DNA from: Cyanophora paradoxa CCMP329
Lineage: Eukaryota; Plantae; Glaucophyta
Direction: 5' to 3'
DNA length: 64,000 bases
Assembly: GCA_004431415.1 (NCBI GenBank)
Contig: QPMI01000129.1
Span: forward strand, 62,001-126,000
A program made the translations under genes and the position numbers. Each line of letters opens with the position of its first letter. Within the stretch, counting starts at the first letter, position 1. The notes under the pieces are model-generated. The model saw only the letters and a list, made by a program, of their open reading frames with translations. It was not told where the DNA came from and made no database searches. Of the stretch, positions 50,435 through 62,100 are shown in pieces.

Positions 50435-50749
50435 CGGGAGATCTAGCTATAGAAGCTAGCCGTAGCCTAGTAGCTATAGCTATAGTGCACCGTGGCAGGC
50501 GTACGTGCGAGGCCGGGGGCTCCCAGACGCTCCAACAGGTCTAGACTCCCTGGGCCCTAGCGCACGCCGCGCCCACCCCCTTCTAAATTTTAAAGGCCGC
50601 TACTAAAGCGCTCCCGGAGTCCGAGGCTCCGAGTCCGCGTGGCGAATTCGAACTCTTACTAAGTTAATTATTTTCAGCCTACTAAATTAACCGACGAAAC
50701 CCCGGGATTACTAATTATTTTGGGGTCTTAAATATTACCCGAATTACAG
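50435..50749. mobile_element. Right half of MITE copy B, interrupted by the LTR element
   Basis: Collinear with copy A from ~46335 to 46551 and ends in the same TIR (AAATATTACCCGAATTACAG|TA). Left-half remnants lie at ~47341-47488. Confidence 0.85.
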
Positions 50750-51029
50750 TACTAGTGTAGCCTGTGTAGGCGGCAGTAGGCCGGTAACTTACTAAGTTAG
50801 GACGGTAGTAACCAGTGCACGTGGTGACCTTTCGCTTCGTATATATGCGCGAATATACATTTCGTAGAAAAACAACGTGTACGGTACTACGGTGTACTAC
50901 TATTCTGTATATATTTTGTGCTAGTTTACTGTATCTTTGATTTGTGATTGCTTTGTTGTCTTTAATATCACTACCTACGGGGGGTTCGCCCCACCGTAGT
51001 CTCTCAAAAAACAAAATACTACTAGGCTA

Positions 51030-51374
51030 CTGTAAAGCAGGAAATATTTAAGAGGTTGGATATTAATAGTACTAAAGTTTTACGGCCTGAGTACTAAAGT
51101 TTTTGATACTATTAAACCCGAGGCCCAGGGGTACGTAGCGCAGTAACGTCGGCGCGGCCGTAGGTGAATTGCTCGAAGGGAGCGCAGAAGCGCGCGGCGT
51201 CGCTGGCTTCGAGCACCCCCCGTTGCATTGCGGCACGCGCCGCGCCTACGTGCACCCCGGAACCCCCTGCTAAAGGCTTCCGCGACTAACTCTTAATTAT
51301 TTTAGGCCTACTAAACCGGCCAAACCCCGGAGTTACTAAACATTTTGGGGTCTTAAATATTTCCTGCTTTACAG
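51030..51374. mobile_element. MITE copy C (related subfamily) with perfect TIRs
   Basis: TA|CTGTAAAGCAGGAAATATTTAAGA ... TCTTAAATATTTCCTGCTTTACAG|TA, 345 bp. Confidence 0.92.
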
Positions 51375-52870
51375 TAGTACCTGGCCCAGTGGTGACCGCC
51401 CAGTGCCCACTGCCCAGTACTAGTGCCCACGGCCACTGACCGGACTCTCCCCGGTTGTCTCCCGAGTCCCGACTCCCGGGTAGGGGTGCGGCTTGACCGC
51501 CAGAAAGTCGGCTCAAGTCAAGCCAAGCCCGGGGCGCTCGCGGCCAAGCCAAGCCAAGCCGGCCGACCGGCCCGGACAAGCGCTTGGCCACTTGGCCGGG
51601 TCAAGCGCTTGGCCCGGCTTGAGGCAAGCCGAAGGGGGGGTACACTTCCGCAAGCCCTCAGCGCCGCAGCGAAATGCTAGAGCTAGCGCTTATTATGCTT
51701 TGAATTCTAAAGAAACACATCTAAACACTGATCATGAGCTGCTAATATATCGACTCGGCAAGCTCGGAGCTCGCGACGGCGCGGGCCGTGCGCGCGCGCC
51801 GCGCGCGCGCGCCTCGATATCGATCATACCTGCACGCTTTTAATTCACTGAGTCAGACCTCTAGATCGACATTCGGTCCGACGGTCGCGATGCCATCGAT
51901 CGCAGCTGCAGGCGCGCGCGCGCGCCGCGGCGCCGCGCCGCGCCGGCTTCGAATTCGCTGCAGCTGCGCATGCGTCGAAGTACCCCCGCGCGCCGATCCC
52001 CCCTCCCCTGCCCCCCCCCCCTCCCCAAAGGACATTCGACCCCCGCCAGGTGATAGACACCGTTAGCCTCGTTATACCGTGGGCGGTTTCTTGAAGATTT
52101 CGACGACAGAAGATCATTTTTTTTGGTCGACCCACGTCAAGCTTTAGATGGGAAAAGTCCACAGGGGGGCACGCCGTGACGCTCCCAGCAGGGTGTTGTA
52201 TGATTCCTGGAGACCCCCCATCATGGGCCCCATATGCATGCGCATGGCCATCCAGCCGCCGTTTTACTAAGTTACCTTAAGCTTAGTTACGTCAAGTTTT
52301 ACAAGGGCCTGTACTACTGTAAATTTGAAAAGTAAAAGTAAAACTTGACACTGTGACAGTGACGTTTTACGTCAAGTTTTACAGGTGTCGGCGTGGACGT
52401 CGACCGCGGCCGCGGCCGCGGCCGGCGCCGGCCGCGCGGTGATCATCATCAGATCATGATCATGATGCATGCCGCAGTGCGCATGCCATGATGCGCATGC
52501 GCAGTGACTCGAGTCACTCAAGCGGGCCGCGCGCTGCCAGGCTGCGTACGCGTTGCGCAACCGCGCCTCCCTGCGCAGCCGAGCGCAGTGACTCCCGAGT
52601 CCCAACTCTCACACGACTTCACTGCGGCCGCCGGGCCGCGGAGCCCCGGCCGGCACCAGCTGCCGCAGTGCAGGCTCAGCCTCGGCCCGCCGAGTCACTG
52701 AGTGAACGTTTAGATCTAACGCCATCGTGCGGCCGCGGGCGGCGATGCATATGGTGCCCGAGCATTTACCGTTCAAAACGAGTAAAAACGTAACACACAC
52801 CGTGGACATACGCATGCATGCGTGCCGGCCGGCGCCATTGAAATGAAGCTTTAATTTTTCCGAGTTCAGT

Positions 52871-54087
52871 TTAGAGAGACTGGTACCATCCTAGTAATGG
52901 GCAGCGGATATAAGATAAGATAGGCGATAATACAATAGGGAGGGTGACCGACAGCGCAAAGGGCGGGCGATGGATCAGCCTTCGGGTGGAGAGGGGGCCG
53001 GCGCGGCTGCGGGCGACCCTGCGCGGCCAGGTCAGAGCTGCAGGGCAGGGCGGGGCCGGCTGCGAGGCCGCGAGGGGCGCGGCACCTTCCGACGGGAAAG
53101 AGGAGCGGGAGCGGGGGGTAGTGGCGGGGATGGTGGGGATCAGGGACGCGATGGAGGGGAGGGGCGCCTCCCGGGGGGGTACCGCGAGGGCCGCGAGCTC
53201 GGGCCGGGGCGCGGCGGCGGGGGCGCCCCCCGCGCCCCCCCCGGAGAAGGAGGCGGGGGAGGGGGAGATCAGGACGGAGGCGGCGAGGGGGGAGGAGTCA
53301 GGGAGGGGTTCGGAGGCCTGCTGCGGGGCGGGGGAGGGGCGCGCCGGCGGCCGGTACTCGATCCGCAGCATTGCTGTGCAGTCGCAGGAGGGCACGGCCG
53401 CCGTCAGCTTCAGCGCGATCTCCGCCTGCGGAGGGCCGGCCGCGGGGCCGCGCGTCAAGGGGGTACAGGGAGCGTTTGGGGGGTACGGCGCACGTCGGCC
53501 CACTCGTCCTTGACGAGCTTGCCGAAGACGGCGACGACTGCGGTGCCCAGGCGGGAGCCGCCGCTCTGCGCGCTGAAGACGCGCACGAAGACGAACGAGA
53601 CCGCCTCGTGGTCCACGTCGAACGACCACTCTGCGAACGAAGGGAGGGGCACCGGTCTCGCGAGGGCTCCAAGGGGGGCGGGGGGCGGTGCAGGGGGGGT
53701 ACCCTCGTGGAACTCGCAGTCGTTGAGGGAGAGCAGGCGCGGGTTCGACTCCTTGATCTTGTCCGCGATTTGTATTTGCGTAATCAAGTTCGCGGCCTGC
53801 GCGGTGCGTGCGTCGTGAGCGGCGCCCGCCGCTCGGGTCCGGCGGGGGCGGGCCGCTCGCCTGCAGGTGCTTCGCCGCGGAGCCCGTGACCCGCACCGAC
53901 ATGATGCGTATCCGCAGCTGCGGCCGGGCGGCGTCTCGGATCGAGTGGGCGCGAGCGAAGCGGGCCAGCCGCGTGCGCGGACCTGGCCGCGGGGCCCCGT
54001 CTCTCCCGGAATGCTAGGTCCGGTCGAGAACGCGGGAAGGAGCGCCGAAAGGGGAGAGTTAGCTGCGAGTAGCGCCTCCGTCGTCAT
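52871..54087 (-). CDS. C2-domain-like protein with Pro/Ser-rich tail
   Basis: Beta-strand pattern LRIRIMSVRV, FHE|EWSFDV, FVRVFS...SRLGTAVV. 3' end uncertain. Confidence 0.5.
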
Positions 54088-54809
54088 GTGCGGCGGCAGC
54101 TCCGTCGGCCGCTTGGGCAGCGGGCGGAGGCGGCCCGTCGAGTACCCCGAGCCGCCAGGCCCCTGCAGCTCAGCGCCAGCCTCTCCCCCGATCTGACGCG
54201 ATTCCGGCGGCGCAGGGAGAACCAGCAGCCATGGCTGAGCTCGCCCGCGCTCGTCAGAAGGCCCCAAGGAAGTCGCGCGAATCGCAACGAGCGCACCGGG
54301 AGGTCCTCGGTGGGAGTGCTCTCGGACTCTCCCGCACAAAGCTTATCTCTTATCAGGTCGAAGAAGCTGAGCCCGCACACCGACGAGCCGGCTTTCATCG
54401 CCGAGCGCGAGTGCAATCGCTTCTTCCAACGGCCTCGACTGCCCCGGTGGCCGCTTCAGCTTCGAAATTCAAGCGCGCGCGAGGATGCTAGCGCGCTAGC
54501 GCTGCACCGCCTCTTAGGCGAAAAAAAACGCCGGTTCCGAGTTAATGTACGGGGGCGCAGAATGGGAGGGCGGGGCGAATCGCAGAGAGGGGGAGGAGGC
54601 GGGGGGGTTCGCTCGGCCGGGGGGTGCTCGAGCCTTGCACAATCTGCGCGCGAAGCACGCTCTACCCCGTCGAATACAGAGCCCTTGTTTCCGCCGATCA
54701 GTGTTCTTGTTCTTCCGGGTAGCAGCCTGGCAGCTTGCAGGTGCAGGGCGCGCGTCAGCACAAGCGGGCGATGCCCCCGGCGTGCGCCAGGGAGGCCTTC
54801 ACTAAGGCC

Positions 54810-57800
54810 ATGGACGCAGACCGGCACAAGCGCCCCCGCGTAGAGCCGCCCGCCGACGACTCGCCACCAGCCGTCAACTCGTCGGCTCTCATCGAAACAG
54901 TCCAGTTCTTGCTCGACCGGCTCGCCGGGAAGGGCGAATCGTACCGAGTCAAGGTTCTCCGCGGCCGCCAGGGGCAAGGGCCGCCGCAGACCCTGGTCGA
55001 GCTCGTCCCGAGGAGTAGAGGATCTTCGTGTAGAGAAGATACCAGGAACACAGCGATGTGCGCAGGCTCGCCGGGCGCGACAGCGCTTGTCTCCGAGAAC
55101 ACGCTCAGCCTCGCGGACGGTGGTTCCTCGGAGGTGTGTGATGTATGCCGAATTCGTTTCCAATTGTCTCACACAATCGTGCAGCCGAGTCCGTGCACGC
55201 CGGAGATCCGGGAGTGGGCAACAGTCGAGCAGCTTGCGAGCGGTGACAACAATGGGACTGGTACTCGGGAGGGCGCCCTTGCTGCCCCTACCGCGGAAGC
55301 ACCCCAGTTTCGTGCACTGGAGGTAAGACAACGGCGAAGCGCGCTGTGCGCATCGAGCGGGCCGGCAGGTCGACCCTCCGAGTGGATGCCATGGCCAGCC
55401 GCTCAGCGCGCGAAAGCGGCGGCCCAGCGTGAACCAGGACGTGCTCTACCGCTTCGCTATGGAGAATGTCCACGATATGATCTCCATCAACCAGACGGAT
55501 TCCACGGTTCGCCGTTTACTTCGGCTCCTTCGGCGCGCTGGCCACTTTTGATCCGCGGCAGATTGTGTACGTGTCCCCGTCATGCGAGCGCATCTTCGGG
55601 TACAAGCCGAGCGAGATGGTGGGCCGCAAGGGCTACGAGTTCGTGTACCCCGAGGACGAGGTGCCCGCGGCCGCCCGGCCTCGAACGCCCCTCCCTCCCC
55701 GCACGCTGAGACGTCGCGCGCAGCAGACGATTCGGCCGCAGCACGCGGCGAGCATCGAGAGCGGGACGAACCAGGGGACCTTCCGCATCCGCCGCAAGGA
55801 CGGCACCCCGAGGCGAGCGAGCGAGCTGCGCTGCGCTGCGCCCCGCTCCGCCGCGCCGTCGGCTCACGGGCGGCCGGCGCAGGACGGTGGAGTTCCTGAC
55901 GAAGAAGGTGACGGGGCCGGCGGGCACGCCCCCGCCCTCCTCTTCCGCCTCCGCCTCGGGGGCCTCCTCGGGGGACGAGGGCGGCCCCGCCCCCGCCGCC
56001 CCCGCCCACTTCGTCTGCGTCTGGCGGGTGCCCACTTGGCGGCCGCCTGCGCCTCGCCCGCCGGCGCCTCGGCTGAGAGCGGGGCGGGGCGGGCAGGACG
56101 TCACGGAGCGGCAGCAGGTGGAGGAGGAGCGGGCCCGCGCCGAGCGCGAGCGCAGCGCCCGCGAGGCCGTCAGCCAGTACGTCGCCTACACCTGCCACGG
56201 TCCGCCGTCCCCAGCCGGCCGCCCCGCCGCAGGCGGTGGGGAGGCTTCGGCGAACCCGAGCGCTCGCGCGCGCTCCCTGCGGGGAGTGATCGTTCGCGGG
56301 GCGCGGGGCGGGGGCAGAGCTGCGGAACCCGGTGCAGGGGATCCTGGGCTTCGCGCAGCTGCTGCGGGAGGGGGCGGCCGACGAGGTGCAGGCCGGCTAC
56401 GCCGAGGTGCGCCCTGGAGTGGCGCGGGGCGCGGGGCGCGGGGCGCGGGGCGGCGCGCTCGGGCAGGCGCTAACGAGCGGAGCGGGGGAAGGCGGTGGTG
56501 GCGTGCTCGGGCCTCGTGCTGGCCCTCCTCAACGACGTGCTCGACCTCGGGCGGCTCGAGGCGGGGCGGGCCGAGCTGCGGGAGGAGCCCTTTGCGCTGC
56601 GCTTCGCCCTCGAGACGGCCGTCCGCGTCCTCGCGCCGTACGCCGAGGAGAAGGGCCTCGCCCTCGCCGTGCGCCCGCCCCCGCCTCTCTTCCTCTCTCC
56701 GTGGCCCGAGGCCGGCACTCTCGATCCGGGTCTAGCTCGAGCTCCAGGAGCGATGGGCGGCGCGGCGCTGGCTCCTCGCTGACGGGGCAGCTCGCTGGGG
56801 CGGGGGCGCAGCTGGAGGTGGCGGGGGAGGTGCCGGAGATGGCCGTCGGGGATGCCGCGCGCCTCGCCCAGGTCCTGGTGCGCGCGCTCGAGCCGGCCGC
56901 GCCTGCAGCTCGAGCTCGTGCTCCAGCTCGGTCAAGCGCGCTGAGGCGCCCGCCCCGCGCAGTTGAACCTCATCAGCAACGCGATCAAGTACACGCCCAG
57001 CGGCGGCGTCCGCGTGCTCGTCGGCCCCGACCCCGCCTTCGCCGCGGCGCCGGCGCCCCCGGCCTCCTCCTCCCCCGCGCCCTCCCCCGCCGAGTGCTTC
57101 GGGGTGGTGGTGCGGGTGGTGGACACGGGGGTGGGGATCGCGCCCGAGGAGCTCCCCAAGCTCTTCACCAAGTACAGCCGCCTGCGCGCCTCGCTGCCCG
57201 GCGGCGGCGGCGAGGGCGGCCTCGACGACCTCCGCCGCGCCGGCTGCAGCCCCCTCAAGCACTCCACCGGCCTCGGTGCCCCCGATCACGCCCCTCGCTC
57301 CCCTGCCCCTGACGCGCCCCGCGCCTGCGCCCGCCCGCGCGCGCGTGCGCAGGGCTGGCGATCTGCAAGGAGGTGGTGGGCCTGCTGGGCGGCTCGATAT
57401 CCGTGCGGCCGGGCCCCGGCGGCGCCGGCTCCGAGTTCTACTTCACCTGCCGCTTCCGCCACGCCCCGCCGGCCCCCGCCCCCGAGGAGGCCCAGGCCTG
57501 CGCGCCCGGCCACGCGGCGCTCGGCTCGGCCGCCTCCTCCTCGGGGTGCCCCTCGGGCCGCTTGACGCCGGACCGGGGCCTGGGGGCGGCGGGGGCGGGG
57601 GCGGGGCCCCTGGAGTCGCCCCTCTCGGTGCTCGTGGCGGAGGACAACCCGGTGGTGCAGGCGCTGCTGCGGCGGCGGCTCGAGCGCCTCGGCTGCCCCT
57701 GCCGCGTCGTCGGGGACGGGCGGGCGGCGGTGGCCGAGGCGCTCGCCCGCCCGTACGACGCCGTCCTCATGGACTGGGTCATGCCCTTCCTCGACGTGCG

Positions 57801-58117
57801 CGCCCCCGCCTCCGAGACGCCTTGAAGAGGGGCTGACGTCCAGGCAGGGGCTGGCGGCGACGCGGGAGATCCGGGCGAGCGGGTCGCGGGTGCGGATCGT
57901 GGGGGTGACGGCGAACACGCGCCCCGAGGACCAGGCGATGTGCCTCGAGGCCGGCATGGACATGGTCCTCCCCAAGCCCTTCACCGCCCAGCAGCTCCGC
58001 GCCGCCCTCCTCGCCCCCGCCCGCCCCGCCTCCGCCCCTGCCGCCCCGCACTCCCCCTCCCCGCTCCCCTCGCCCCTCCCGGCCCCGGCGGACGCCCGGC
58101 CGGCCCCCACTCCGTGA
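54810..58117 (+). CDS. PAS-domain hybrid histidine kinase (PAS-HisKA-HATPase-REC)
   Basis: PAS YVSPSCERIFGYKPSEMVG, H-box CHELRNP, N-box LNLISNAIKYT, G1 DTGVGI, G2 TGLGLAI, receiver VLVAEDN...LMDWVMP...KPF. Confidence 0.95.
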
Positions 58118-59127
58118 TCCCGTGAGATCAAGATATCTTATTCGCAGCGCAGCTTTGATTATTCTAGTGCCGGTTTGAGGTTCCTGCTTTTTCGTGTGTC
58201 CGGGCGGCCCCCTAGAGCTATGTGTGGCCAGGACCGCGCCATCCTTCAGATTTGATTTTTCTCGAGCGCTAAGAGATAGGTCTCAGAACAGCTGCCATGG
58301 ACTTGCTCCCGATCTCTTTCCCCTGACCGCCTTCGGCCATGTACCATAGCACGCTCCCTAGTAATTTTTCAAACCAGCTTCCGAGGCTTCAGCTGCAAGG
58401 AGTTTTTGAGTGCGAGTGCCCGTCTTAGTTCCCAGCCCGGCAGACTCACGCGCATCTGGTGATCTCATGATTACCGAAAGACCTTCATCATTTATAGTCT
58501 TAAAGAACATAGCCCGTTATTCAATGATTTATTCGCTTGTCACAGTGTTGCATCGGTCCCGGGTGCAGTGTGTCTATCGTAGTATTCGGTATTCTCGACT
58601 CCATAATGTCATAGACTATACCTCGACCACCCATCAGACTCGCGATTCACTGAGTCAGGACCGGAACCGGGAACTAGTACTACGGTACTCGAGAGCTGGA
58701 GGCTCGCCGAGTCGAGGGTCTGACGGTCGACGTCCGATGATCCGGGGATCATCATCGGATCCGGATCCGGATCCGTCGCTATACTATGATAGGCCTAGGG
58801 TGCCAAGGGGCGTGTACCGTAGTCTGCCGCCGCGGCGCGGGTCCGGTAACAAACGGTAGACCTCCTTTTCAAAGTTTCTCAGAGTCTAGAACTCGGGCCC
58901 CCCGGACCGCACTGCGGCATTACTATGATTAATATGTTGTAGATCTCGCACGAGCTGGGTAGACATGCATGGATCGATATCATTGAATATCTCAATGAGA
59001 ATCTTCGCAAAAAGAGTGCCCGCGGCCGACAAAAAGCAAAGATCTAGATCTAGGGCCACGCATAAATTAAATAAACCCCGGAAGGAGAGTTGAAGGCGCC
59101 AAGACGGCGCGCGGCTGACGGCCGCGG

Positions 59128-62100
59128 CTAGGCAAGGGGGGCAAACTCGTGGTGCCCGACGCCGAGCCCCGCCGCCGCCGCCGCCGCCGCTGCCGCCTCC
59201 GATTCTCCGTGCGAGCCCTCCTCCTGCGCCGGCCCCGGCGCTCCAGTCAAGAATTGAAAAGTGTGGCGGCCGGGCGCCGAACATGAAGGAGGAGACGTGC
59301 ACAGATCTAGACGTACCACGAAGGGGCCTAGGTCCAGACCGGCCGCCTCCGCCCAGAGGCCGGAACAGAGCGACGCCTCCTCGGCTCCCGCCGCGCTGTA
59401 CGCTTCGACCACCGCCGCGCCGGCGCTGCCCCCCGCGGCCGCGGCCGCCGCCTCCTCTGAGGAACCCTCCTCGGCAGATTCGAACCCGTACGAGGCCGCG
59501 ATCGCCGCCACCTCTGCGGCGCACAGTCAGAGATCTAGAGCGGGCCGCGAGGCGGGGAAGGGGGAAGGCAAGCCGCGCCGGGGCGGAGGCCTACGCTCGC
59601 GTGGCTCTCCGCGACCTGGGGCGCCGCGTCTAGGCGCGCCTCTGCCGCCGCCGGGGCAGGCCCCTCCTGCGGTTCCGGCTCCGAGGCGGCCGCGGCAGGC
59701 CCTTCTTGCGGCTGCTGCTCCGCGGGCGTAGACTCCTCTTGTGGCTGTTGCACTGCGGGGGTAGACTCCTCCTGCGGTTCCGGCTCCGAGGGCATAGACT
59801 CCTCTTGAGGCTCCTGCTCTGCGGGGGTAGCTATAGGCCCCTCCTGCGGTTCCGGCTCCGCGGGCGTAGACTCCTCTTGAGGCTCCTGCTCTGCGGGGGT
59901 AGGCCCCTCCTGCGGTTCCGGCTCCGAGGGGGTCGGCCCCTCTCGAGGCTCCTGCTCTGCGGGGGTAGGCCCCTCCTGCGGTTCCGGCTGGGCGGCCCAC
60001 TTTTCGGCCGCCGCCGCTGCCTTTTCCTCTACCGCCCCCTTGGCCTTCTCCTTCCCCTTGTCCAGCGCCTATTCCGGTCGCGTCCGTCCGACGGTCATCT
60101 TGAGGGGCGGGCAGCAGCGGGCTCGCGTCGCACCTTTTTGCCCCACTTCTTGGCGCGGCTCTTGGCGCCATTCTTTCCGGCCTGCGGCAATCGTGTGGGA
60201 GGAGGGAGGCGCAGGAGCCACGAAAGCACGGCTCCAGCAACGGATTCGCCCTCGGACCTTCTTCGCCCTGCCCTTCGCCGCCTTGGCGCCCTGCCGCGAA
60301 GCTCCCGCTCTCAGCGGCGGAGCCGAGCGGGGGTACAGCAGCATCGAAATCGAATGCACACCTGCTTGATGGCCTTCTTTCCGGCCTTGCGGCTGTGCTT
60401 GAGGCCCTGCGCGGCAGATCGGGCCTCGGTGAGGCGCCAGGGGGAGGAGGGGGCCCCGCCGGCGCGCCTGCTTCCCGAGCTTCTTGGCGCCGGCCTTGGC
60501 CATCGCCTGCGAGGTCGAGCGCGATCGATGAGGGGCGTGCGTGGGCGGCCGGGGGCAGAACACGGGCGGGGAGCGCGCCTTGCCGCCCGCCTTCCCGCCC
60601 GCCTTGAGGGCTGCCTTGGACGCCCCTTTCACCAGCGCCCTGCGCGCGCTCGCCGGCTCGGGCCGAGGAGGCGCGGAGAGGGCGGAGCGGGGAGGCCGGC
60701 GGGGGCGCCGGCGGGGGCGAGGGCGGCGACGCACTTGGCGCCGGCCCTGAGAACGGCCCTGCGTGCCGGCCGCTTGCGTTCGGTGCGCGGCGTTGCCCCC
60801 GATCGAAGAGAGGGCGCGAGATCTAGATCTAGAGGGCGGCCGGGGCCGGGTGCGGGCGGAGGTGGCGCATGCACGTGCGCACTTGCCGACCGCTTTCGCG
60901 GCGGTCTTGGCGGCGACGCCGAGGGCGGCCCTGCGCGGGGCCCCCGGGGCCGCGTAAGCTGGAGGGGACAAGGCGTTGGGGTGGAGGGGAGGCGGAGGCG
61001 GAGGCGCATGCGCATGCGCACTTCCCCGCGACCATGCCGATGCCGACGCCGGCGCCGGCGCCGCCGGTGGCGACGGTGACGGCGACGCCGGCCCCGATCG
61101 TCGCCGCTGTCGTCCCGATATCCGTCGCCAGCGACACCTGCCGCCCCATCTCGATCGCGATCGCGCTTCGGGGCGAGATCTAATGCGGGATGGACGCTTC
61201 GAAGCGGGCCGCCTCGGGCCCGGGCCGGGGCGAGAAGGGCGGCGGTGGGTCGAAGTCACGAGGCGCGCAGGGGCGCGCGAGCGCGCATGCTTGAGCGTGC
61301 TTTGAGCCCACGCTTTTAACTTCAACGCTTTAATTCGATTTGGATCTAATCTGGGAGCGCACGCCGTGCTTGAGCATGCCGTGCACGTCGCCCTTTGCCG
61401 CCGACTGCACGAAGCCGTGCCCAGTCTCCACGTAGTCTGGAGCAGTCGAGGAAGCAAAGCTTGGTGAGCGATCGAGCTCGAGGGCCAGGCGTGCGCATGC
61501 CGGGCCGGGGCCGGGCGCATGCACCGCCGACGATCGGGACCTGCGACAGAGCGCGCTCCGCATCAGAGGACAGCGGGGGTGACGCAAATGGAGGAGGGGG
61601 CGGTGGGCATGCGCCGCACCGTCTTCGCGAGACCGAGGCCTGCCGCGCACGTGCACCCCGGAGCAGCGCCGCCCGTCAAGAGCGCCCACACCGATCGAGA
61701 GGGGACGCGGGTCGGAGCCGGCCCGCACCGTGCTTCGCTATGCCTGCGGCCGACGTCGAGGCCACGATCAGCGGCGGGGCGGGGCGGGCGGGGACTCCGG
61801 CACGGCCTGCAGCTAGCTATAGGGCGGCGGGGCGGGGAGGGCGCGGACCCTTGAAGTTGCCGATCTTGATCGACTGGTCGAGGGGCGCCCCCGCGTCAGC
61901 GTGTTCCGCGCCGCGGGGATGACGGGGGGGGAGGGGGGGGGGCGGTTGGGGGGGGTTTGGGGGGGGGGGGGTGGGGTGGGGGTGGGGGTGGGGGAAGAAA
62001 GAGGGGGAGGCCACCTTAATCAAGCCCTTTCCGCTCTTCACCATCTCTGCGCAGGAAAGGGTGGGGGGGTTAGGGACAGTGGTCGCCCCGCGGGCGCCGC

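Noticed and set aside
51480-51645. hAT-like end TAGGGGTG with CCAAG sub-terminal repeats
   Set aside because: No matching opposite terminus or 8-bp TSD found.
1280-54087. Calcium-signalling gene cluster (TRP, OSCA, CCX, C2)
   Set aside because: The genes are interspersed with unrelated housekeeping genes and no shared regulatory element is visible. Chance is sufficient.
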